Below are positions 25,343 through 32,000 of a stretch of DNA of 32,000 nucleotides, one piece after another. Below the pieces are notes generated by a model. It saw only the letters and a list, made by a program, of their open reading frames with translations. It did not search any database and had not been told where the DNA came from. The stretch comes from Haloferax volcanii DS2 (GTDB taxonomy: Archaea; Halobacteriota; Halobacteria; Halobacteriales; Haloferacaceae), in NCBI RefSeq assembly GCF_000025685.1, contig NC_013964.1, positions 150,001 to 182,000 of the forward strand, given 5' to 3'. Position 1 is the stretch's first letter; each line of letters opens with the position of its first letter. The position numbers and the translations under genes were made by a program.

Positions 25343-28300
25343 GTGTTCGGTACTACTGACGAACTGGACGAACCAATCCGCGTTCTCTACGTGAACTCCG
25401 ATCCCGCGTTCGCGGAGTTGGTTCAAACCAAACTCCAACAGACGAGTCCCGAGATCGACTGTGTTTCTGCCGACGGTATCGACGAAGCACTGCACCGGCT
25501 TGCTTCGGATCGGGTCGACTGTATCGTGACGGCGTATTCGCTCGGAGATTCCGACGGCATCGGGCTCACGGAGTCGATTCGCCAGGAGAACGACGAGATT
25601 CCGATACTCCTCTTTACCGGAAAAGGCAGTGAGTATATCGCGAGTGAAGCGACTCGTGCCGGCGTCTCGGACTACATCCCGGTCCGGTCGGAACGTGATA
25701 ACTTCACACTACTCGCGGCCCGTATTCGGACACTCACGACGGCTGCCCGCAAACGCACGGAGGCCGAGCAGACGAAACGGCGCTTCCGACGAACGCTCGA
25801 ACGCGCAACTGACGCGATTTACGCCGTCGACAGCGACTGGCGCATCGAGTATATGAACGAGAAAATGGCCGAGCGAGTCGACCGTGACCCGGACTCGGTC
25901 GTCGGAGAAACCATCTGGGAAGAGTTCCCGTCGGTCGTCGGAACGGAACTCGAAGACACGTATCGAACGGCAATGGAGACTGGTGAACCAGTATCGTTCG
26001 AACAGTATCTGGAAGAGCCGCTCGACTACTGGGTCGAAGTGCGAGCGTTCCCAGATGACGACGGGCTGACTGTCTTTTCGCGTGAAATTACTACCGAGCG
26101 AGAACGGGAACTGAAGCTAGAGCGCAGTAACGCGGTTCTGGAGAACATCCACGACATCGTGTTCGTCCTCAACGAGCAAGGTGATATCGATTCCGCGAAT
26201 ACAGCTGCAAAGCGGTTACTCGCAGGGGATCCGTCGGCCCAGCTCACAGGACAACAGCTCGAAACGGTCGTCGGTGACCGCGTTAGCGATTCCGATATGA
26301 CGCGATTCTCCCAGGCAGTCGAATCGACGCTCGACGAGATCGAGAGCGATGGTGGGTCGATGGGATTGTACGATGCAGACCTCCAACTCGACGTCGTGGT
26401 CGGGACCAGCGAGCGGACATTCGACGTCCGGGTAACCCCGTTCCAGAGTCGAGCGAGTAAGCAGGTCGTCGTTGTCGCTCGAGACGTGACCGAAGAAAGC
26501 GAGGTGAAGCGTCAATTGGAACGAGAGCGGGACGCACTCCAGGATCTCCAAGCCGTTATGGCAGAAAGCGATGTCTCGATCGAGTCACGCCTCGAGAATC
26601 TCCTTGAAGTCGGTTGTCAGACGCTCGGACTCGAAATCGGCATCATCTCGCGGATTCAGGACAGCGACTACACGGTCGAAGCAGTTCATGCACCAGAGGC
26701 TGATATCGAAGCTGACGATCAGTTCGATCTCGAATCGACGTACTGTGCGGAAGTCGTCGGCACGGATTCGGTCTGTTCGTTTGCAGACGCCGTTAGCGCC
26801 GGGAAAGAGACGCATCCTGCCTACCGTGACTTCGAGTTAGAATCGTACATCGGCGTACCCCTCATCGTCGATGACACGCGTTACGGAACCGTCAATTTCT
26901 CGAGTCCGACGACGCGAGTCGCGCCGTTTGGAACGCTCGAACGAACGTTCGTCGAGCTGGTTGCACAACTCGTTAGTACCGAACTCTCGCGTCGTCGTGA
27001 CCGTGCCGAACTCGAACGTCAGGGGTTCCTCTTCGACCGCGTTCAGGACGTCGCAAACATCGGTATCTGGGAACTCGTTCCATCGAGCGGCGAACTCACC
27101 TGGTCTGATGGGGTCCGCCAGATCCACGGCGTCGACGAAGACTACGAGCCCTCTCTCGACGGCGCAATCGAGTTCTATCACCCCGACGACAGAGAGACGA
27201 TTACCGAAGCGGTCGACCAGACAATCGAAGACGGGGAACCCTACGACCTCGACCTTCGAATCGTTCGACCCGACGGCGAGGTGCGTGACGTTCGGGCGTG
27301 GGGGAAATACGTTGAGGACACACCACGGGGTGACCCAGTACTTCGAGGCGTTTTTCAGGACATCACGGAGCGAGAAGCGGAACGCCGGAAGCATCGAGAA
27401 CTCGCGGAGGAATACGAGGCGTTGCTCGAAACGTCCGGGGACGCGATATTCTTGCTTGACGTCGATACCGCTGGTGAGAACCCCTCGTTCGAGTTTGCCC
27501 GACTCAGCCCCGGATACGAGTTACAGACCGGAATTACGACCGAGGAAGTTCGCGGCAAGTCGCCACGAGAGGTGTTCGGCGACGAGCAGGGTGCTGAACT
27601 CGAGACCAAGTACACTCGCTGCGTCGATCAGGGTGCCCCTGTCTCGTATCGCGAGGAACTCGACATCGGTGACGGTGCTCAGTTCTGGGACACCAGCCTC
27701 GCACCAGTACTCGTCGACAACGAGATTGTTCGAGTCGTGGGCATCGCTCGAAACGTCACCGAGCAGGTCGAACGAGAGCGCGAACTCGAGGCGACGAACG
27801 AGCGACTGGAATCGCTCATCGGGGCCACGCCACTCACCGTCATGGAAATCGACACCGATGGCAACGTCATCCGTTGGAACGACGAGGCCGAGAATATGTT
27901 CGGCTGGTCGCGAGACGAAGTGCTTGGTGAGTTCAACCCGATTGTTCCGGACGAGCAGCAAGAAGAGTTTGCCTCACACAAGCAGCGCGCCTTGAGTGGC
28001 GAGCGGATTCGGGCGAAGGAGATACAGCGGGAGACAAAAGACGGAGACGAACTGGACCTGCTCTTGTCGGTCGCGCCGATAACGGGCTCCGACGGGGAAG
28101 TCACGAGCGTCCTTGCCGTCTTGGAGGACATCACCGAACAGAAACGGTTGGAAGCTCGCCTCCGCTCGCTTCAGGACACCGCACAGCAGCTGAGCGGCGC
28201 TGAATCAAGCGACGAGATCGGAGCGATTGCCGTCGATGCCGCGGCTGAGATACTCGACCTCGGTGTTACCGGAATCTGGGAATACAACGAGCGAGAGAAC

Positions 28301-29248
28301 GCGCTCGTCCCGATCACGGAAACGCCTGCAGCACGAGATCTGCTTGGCGAGTCTCCCCGATTCACTCCTGGAGACAGCCTTGCTTGGGACGCGTTTGAGT
28401 CCGGAGAAACTCAGGTATATGATGATGTCCAGGCCGAGGGGCAACCCCACAATTCGAACACAGAGATACGGAGCGAAATTCTCGTCCCACTGGGTGAGTC
28501 TGGACTCATGTCGACAGGGTCAGTTTCCACGAAGGTCTTTTCTGATACGGACGTCGACCTGTTCCGGATTCTCGGTGCGACTGTCGAGGCAGCACTCGCA
28601 CGAGCGAACAGGGAAGAGGAACTACGCCGACAGAACGAGCGACTCGACCAGTTCGCGAGCGTCGTTGCCCACGACCTTCGGAACCCGCTCTCTGTCGCAA
28701 TGGGGTTCCTCGAAATCGCGGAGGAGACCGGGAACGCGGAGCACTTTGAAAAAGTAGAATCCGCACACGACCGAATTGAACGACTCATCGAGGACCTCCT
28801 GACGCTGGCACGTGGGGAGACGAAGATCGAGAATGCAGGAGAGATCGACCTCGAGAGTATTACGACAGAAGCATGGGGATATGTAGACACTGAGGAGGCA
28901 ACGCTTACAGTTGCAGATGGAGTTCCGGAAGTTACCGGCGACGCAGGGCGGTTGACTCAGTTCTTCGAGAATCTCTTCCGGAACGCAGTCGAGCACGGGG
29001 GTGCTGATGTCACGGTGACCGTGGGTGGACTGGACGGAGACGATGGATTCTACGTTGAGGATACCGGCAGCGGGATTCCCCAGGAGCAGCAAGACGACGT
29101 GTTCAAACACGGCGTCACGTCCAGCGAGGGGGGAACCGGGTTCGGCCTCTCGATTGTGGCCGACATCGCGAAGGCGCACGGTTGGACAGTTTCGGTGACA
29201 GACGGAAGCAATGGCGGGGCACGGTTCGAGTTCAAGCGGTCGAAATAG
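25343..29248 (+). CDS. Large multi-sensor histidine kinase: degenerate REC - multiple PAS and two GAF-like domains - HisKA - HATPase_c
   Basis: 1301-aa ORF with a GTG start (25343) and no upstream ATG. It has an N-terminal receiver-like fold, repeated PAS-type segments (for example the W..G...I.G motifs and DITE(R/Q)K(R)E linkers), GAF-like segments (YIGVPLIVDDTRYGTVNF and EILVPLGESGLMSTGS), the H-box FASVVAHDLRNPLS, and the ATPase boxes NLFRNAVEHG and GTGFGLSIVADIAKAHGW. Confidence 0.9.
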   Translation: MFGTTDELDEPIRVLYVNSDPAFAELVQTKLQQTSPEIDCVSADGIDEALHRLASDRVDCIVTAYSLGDSDGIGLTESIRQENDEIPILLFTGKGSEYIASEATRAGVSDYIPVRSERDNFTLLAARIRTLTTAARKRTEAEQTKRRFRRTLERATDAIYAVDSDWRIEYMNEKMAERVDRDPDSVVGETIWEEFPSVVGTELEDTYRTAMETGEPVSFEQYLEEPLDYWVEVRAFPDDDGLTVFSREITTERERELKLERSNAVLENIHDIVFVLNEQGDIDSANTAAKRLLAGDPSAQLTGQQLETVVGDRVSDSDMTRFSQAVESTLDEIESDGGSMGLYDADLQLDVVVGTSERTFDVRVTPFQSRASKQVVVVARDVTEESEVKRQLERERDALQDLQAVMAESDVSIESRLENLLEVGCQTLGLEIGIISRIQDSDYTVEAVHAPEADIEADDQFDLESTYCAEVVGTDSVCSFADAVSAGKETHPAYRDFELESYIGVPLIVDDTRYGTVNFSSPTTRVAPFGTLERTFVELVAQLVSTELSRRRDRAELERQGFLFDRVQDVANIGIWELVPSSGELTWSDGVRQIHGVDEDYEPSLDGAIEFYHPDDRETITEAVDQTIEDGEPYDLDLRIVRPDGEVRDVRAWGKYVEDTPRGDPVLRGVFQDITEREAERRKHRELAEEYEALLETSGDAIFLLDVDTAGENPSFEFARLSPGYELQTGITTEEVRGKSPREVFGDEQGAELETKYTRCVDQGAPVSYREELDIGDGAQFWDTSLAPVLVDNEIVRVVGIARNVTEQVERERELEATNERLESLIGATPLTVMEIDTDGNVIRWNDEAENMFGWSRDEVLGEFNPIVPDEQQEEFASHKQRALSGERIRAKEIQRETKDGDELDLLLSVAPITGSDGEVTSVLAVLEDITEQKRLEARLRSLQDTAQQLSGAESSDEIGAIAVDAAAEILDLGVTGIWEYNERENALVPITETPAARDLLGESPRFTPGDSLAWDAFESGETQVYDDVQAEGQPHNSNTEIRSEILVPLGESGLMSTGSVSTKVFSDTDVDLFRILGATVEAALARANREEELRRQNERLDQFASVVAHDLRNPLSVAMGFLEIAEETGNAEHFEKVESAHDRIERLIEDLLTLARGETKIENAGEIDLESITTEAWGYVDTEEATLTVADGVPEVTGDAGRLTQFFENLFRNAVEHGGADVTVTVGGLDGDDGFYVEDTGSGIPQEQQDDVFKHGVTSSEGGTGFGLSIVADIAKAHGWTVSVTDGSNGGARFEFKRSK

Positions 29249-29399
29249 TACCCGTTGTCAGTGAGCAAACCGTGCCTGCGGCCTATGCATTGAGAGAACC
29301 AGTCTCAACTTATCACATTCTTGGCGCACTTATAAGCCTACAAACGAGACTGTCTGATTTCCGAATGGGTAGGCCAAATCAGGGTGCGAAAACCGGGTG

Positions 29400-31400
29400 A
29401 AGTCGATTCAGCGACCGGACACGAGTCTACTGGTCAACAGATGTCGAGAAAACGAGTGAAAATCGACAGAGCAGCCGCTACCGAACTCTCAAACCGGAAT
29501 GAGAAAAGCGTTACCCGAACTCACGCAGGAAGTCCCCTAACGCTCGCACGAAGGTCTTCGCCGTGATTACAGGCGGCGACCGAATCGGCTCGTCGAGCGC
29601 GACCTTGATCAGATAGTCCGTGAGCCGCCACAGGTTGTAGATCAACGTCGACAGCGCAAAGTTACAGAATCGAAGCCGATAGTCCGTCGACGACGTCTTC
29701 GGCATGAAGCTCTTGATCGACTTGTACTGGTTCTCGATGTCCCAGCGCCGACTGTACCCGTTCACGACACTTCGAATCTTCTCAGGTTCCACGCGGTCCT
29801 GATTCGTCACGAACACCGCGTACTTCCCCTCAGCATCGTCGCTCGTACTCGGCGCGTAGAGGAACTCCGCTTCGTGGTGAACCTCGCCATCGATTCCCAA
29901 TGGTACGTCGTGCTTGACAGCTGCGTCTGCCGTCGGATGCTCCTGAATATCCTGAACCGCCGTCAACTCATCTTCATACTTCGGAACTGGTGAGAGGTAC
30001 GTGATTTCCCGATCGTGGACGTCCGCGTACACACGATTCACGTAGAATCCTCGGTCGAACATCACCGTGTCCAGATCGACGAACCGCTCGGCGCTGTCCA
30101 ACAGCCGACTCACGAGGTCGGCTTTCGAGTACGATGGCGAGTCGTCGGGTTCCCATGCGGAGTTCTCTTTCACCGGCTCGATACCGAGAACAATCGGTGC
30201 GTGGTCACCGACCAGTGTGATCGTCGCGTATTTGTATCCACGCTTGTACTCGCCGTCTTTCTTGTACCCGCTCACCATCTTCGGGTAGTCCGGCTTGGCG
30301 ATACCCGCTTCCTTGTCTTCCCACGGCCAGACGTGGAACTGCTCGTGGGTGATGTCGATGGCTGCAATCGTCTCACGCGACTCGAAGGGGTTCTGACCGC
30401 GAATCGAGTTGATGATGTTGTCCGTCGCGGCGTCGAACGCTGTCATAATGGCGTCTCGAATCCGGTCGGTTTCCGGCATTGAGTCGTCGTCCTCGAAATC
30501 CTCGAACGTGAGCTGACTATCCGAGTCCTCTGGAGTAGCAATCTTCTTCATCGCCCGCAGGAACGTCGAGTCGTCACAGATGAGGTCATCGTCGGTGAGC
30601 CAGCCGTACTCCGATTCCGAGTGAGCACTCCCCTTGTTCGCACAGATCCGCGCGAACATATCCAGAATTACCTCGTCGGAGTACGTCTTGTGGGCCGCTC
30701 GGTGCGTATCGAACTCGGGAAGGACGTGTTTTCGAGCGAGCGTCAGCGTCTTCTGGGCTTTCTCCTTCTTGTACTCGCTCTCGCTCTTCGAAGTCGAATT
30801 CTCAGGTTCCGTCGGAATGGTTGGAACAAGGCCTTCCGTGAGTACGCCGTGATTGAGCGCGGCCTGTCGAACGCCAGCGACAGTTCTGTTCAGAACCTCT
30901 TGTGTGTTCTCACTGAACTGCGCGTGCGTATACGAGAGCTGTTGCTGGGTCGGAGTATTCGAGAGATCGGTGGTATCGAGGTGGAAACTCTTGACCAAGC
31001 TCGGCTCCCGCCCGAGTCGTTGGGCTAATTCGTTCTGTGAGATACCCCGAATCCCTTTGAACAGGAGCGTGCGGAACATCTCATCGGTTCCAAACGTCAC
31101 GCGGTTCTGATCGCGAGCATCCTCGAGGTTGTCGACGGGGATCGATAGCTGACGAATCACGTCCCAGAGGTGGTCTTCACGCTCACAGAGCGTCTCCGCG
31201 TGGACAATGATTGAGTCAGCAACAGCCGACGGGTCAGTCAGCATTGAACCACCTCGGGGGTGAACTGATCTGCTTCTGAGGTGTGCTCGACCAAATACTG
31301 ATGTAATTCTGTGTAGAGACATCCGCTATCCAAGAACAGAGATCAGTATAGAATAGAGTGGAAATAGTGTAGAGCATTTTGCGATGATTGTATGCTCTGA
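29400..31400 (-). mobile_element. IS4-like insertion sequence (boundaries approximate, terminal repeats not resolved)
   Basis: A single long transposase gene is flanked by AT-richer non-coding sequence (29249-29510 and 31245-31541). I could not identify convincing terminal inverted repeats or target-site duplications by eye. Confidence 0.45.
29511..31244 (-). CDS. IS4-family-like DDE transposase (intact, about 577 aa)
   Basis: The C-terminal Y-(2)-R-(3)-E-(6)-K signature is YSRRWDIENQYKSIK. Acidic DDE-type regions are present (AAIDITHEQFHVW, VMFDRGFY). An N-terminal HTH-like segment is present (FRTLLFKGIRGISQNELAQRLG). The start is set at the ATG at 31242-31244 (MLTDPSAVADS). The track start 31322 adds 26 basic, atypical codons. 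Confidence 0.8.
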   Translation of the reverse strand: MLTDPSAVADSIIVHAETLCEREDHLWDVIRQLSIPVDNLEDARDQNRVTFGTDEMFRTLLFKGIRGISQNELAQRLGREPSLVKSFHLDTTDLSNTPTQQQLSYTHAQFSENTQEVLNRTVAGVRQAALNHGVLTEGLVPTIPTEPENSTSKSESEYKKEKAQKTLTLARKHVLPEFDTHRAAHKTYSDEVILDMFARICANKGSAHSESEYGWLTDDDLICDDSTFLRAMKKIATPEDSDSQLTFEDFEDDDSMPETDRIRDAIMTAFDAATDNIINSIRGQNPFESRETIAAIDITHEQFHVWPWEDKEAGIAKPDYPKMVSGYKKDGEYKRGYKYATITLVGDHAPIVLGIEPVKENSAWEPDDSPSYSKADLVSRLLDSAERFVDLDTVMFDRGFYVNRVYADVHDREITYLSPVPKYEDELTAVQDIQEHPTADAAVKHDVPLGIDGEVHHEAEFLYAPSTSDDAEGKYAVFVTNQDRVEPEKIRSVVNGYSRRWDIENQYKSIKSFMPKTSSTDYRLRFCNFALSTLIYNLWRLTDYLIKVALDEPIRSPPVITAKTFVRALGDFLREFG

Positions 31401-31541
31401 GCTTATTGTGGGAGATACATCAAGGGGTATGCGCGCTATACTTGGAGAATTAGTTGTGGCCATAATTCGGTATGGGTCAAGAATCAGTATGAATCAATTT
31501 TCGGTTGGATTTATAGTAACGTGCGAGAAGAAGGAGGTACG

Positions 31542-32000
31542 ATGGGCTTGGACGAACTTGAGGGGTTTCTTCGGAAGAAGGGAGCGGCAGAACTCATTAC
31601 GGAGATTGGGACGGGAACAGCGACATTCAACGCGCTCGTTGACGCGGTTGCAGTAAGTGGCTCGACAGTTTCCTCGCGACTCTCAGAAGGTGTTGAGCGC
31701 GAAGTGCTCACGGTCAGCCATAAGCCAACCGAACACGGGACAGAGAAGCGGTATGCGCTCACGATTCTTGGACGCCGTATCTACGATTGGGCAGCGCAAA
31801 CGGAATTCGAACGGAAGGTCCGGAAGCTTCGCCGGGTTCAGCACGAACGTGAGACGGCGTTCGAGCGGATGGTTGGGAAGCTCAATCGAGATATGGAGAT
31901 TCGCAAGATGGTCACCGATTCGGAACCCGTAGAGGATCAAGAGATTGATCTGCCTGAGGGGGCGTCTTTGGTGCCGAAGATGGCGTCAGAAGAGAAGCTT
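31542..32000 (+). CDS. Winged-helix-like DNA-binding protein, 5' part (ORF open to the window end)
   Basis: Hand translation from ATG 31542 gives MGLDELEGFLRKKGAAELITEIGTGTATFNALVDAVAVSGSTVSSRLSEGVEREVLTVSHKPTEHGTEKRYALTILGRRIYDW, followed by a charged coiled-coil-like tail. There is no stop before position 32000, so it is missing from the ORF track. It is preceded by a strong Shine-Dalgarno-like GGAGGT (31533-31538). The pattern helix-turn-helix then beta-hairpin wing (KRYALT..G) suggests a wHTH. Confidence 0.55.
   Translation, partial: MGLDELEGFLRKKGAAELITEIGTGTATFNALVDAVAVSGSTVSSRLSEGVEREVLTVSHKPTEHGTEKRYALTILGRRIYDWAAQTEFERKVRKLRRVQHERETAFERMVGKLNRDMEIRKMVTDSEPVEDQEIDLPEGASLVPKMASEEKL

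Noticed and set aside
31371-31398. 7-bp stem (AGAGCAT / ATGCTCT) with a 14-nt loop near the second IS
   Set aside because: The stem is too short and AT-rich to be significant on its own, and no supporting context was found.
29358-31476. Short similarity between 29358-29382 (TTCCGAATGGGTAGGCCAAATC) and the reverse complement of 31454-31476 (CCGAATTATGGCCACAAC) as possible ends of the second IS. Both also faintly resemble the GGCCTA..TTCGGAA blocks of the binding-protein promoters.
   Set aside because: Only two short cores (CCGAAT and GGCCA) match, with variable spacing. The resemblance to the promoter module requires different spacer lengths in every case, so it is probably coincidental.
31384-31940. 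Track ORFs 31384..31656 (+), 31657..31932 (+), 31511..31762 (-) and 31683..31940 (-)
   Set aside because: All overlap the better-supported open frame starting at 31542, which has a Shine-Dalgarno-like GGAGGT, acidic wHTH-like sequence and no stop to the window end. Their own translations are basic and low-complexity.
1-32000. Searched by eye for CRISPR arrays, tRNA or rRNA genes and long tandem repeats in all intergenic regions (8913-9004, 10811-11104, 12311-12588, 14629-14916, 15571-15738, 17341-17679, 18901-19316, 19746-20083, 21882-21960, 29249-29510 and 31245-31541)
   Set aside because: No regularly spaced direct repeats, no T-loop or acceptor-stem patterns and no rRNA-like conserved blocks were seen. 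tRNAscan or Infernal would be needed for certainty about small ncRNAs.

Overview
The window reads as haloarchaeal (class Halobacteria) DNA. Evidence: very acidic predicted proteins, twin-arginine plus lipobox (AGC) signal peptides, HTH_10 (Bat-like) regulators, ISH-type transposases, and Arg/Pro-rich shadow ORFs typical of high-GC genomes. It splits into two parts. (1) Positions 1-10.8 kb are a very GC-rich, core-like block. It holds a partial ABC ATPase, a polytopic membrane protein, an alpha/beta hydrolase, an HTH_10 regulator, four paralogous PQQ-like beta-propeller lipoproteins in two divergent and overlapping pairs, a HEAT-repeat/zinc-ribbon protein, and a REC-PAS-PAS histidine kinase. 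(2) Positions 10.8-32 kb are a visibly AT-richer, mosaic accessory region. It holds two diverged paralogous orphan substrate-binding lipoproteins that share a block-conserved 51-nt promoter/operator module, a creatininase-family protein, a class V aminotransferase, a second HTH_10 regulator, an oleate hydratase, NikR, and a decayed copy of the HEAT/zinc-ribbon gene 3' end. A roughly 7.5 kb cassette follows, bracketed by two different IS4/ISH3-like transposase genes, one of them frameshifted. The cassette is the most interesting content. It encodes a tandemly duplicated CapC/PgsC-like membrane protein translationally coupled to a CapB/PgsB-like Mur-type amide ligase whose N-terminus carries two DUF1508 (YegP-like) repeats. 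Next to these lie a CheY-like response regulator and a 1301-aa multi-PAS/GAF histidine kinase with a degenerate receiver domain. I propose this as a candidate poly-gamma-glutamate-like polymer synthase module of unusual architecture that has not been described, to my knowledge. No rRNA, tRNA or CRISPR array was seen. All family assignments rest on motif recognition by eye, since no searches could be run.
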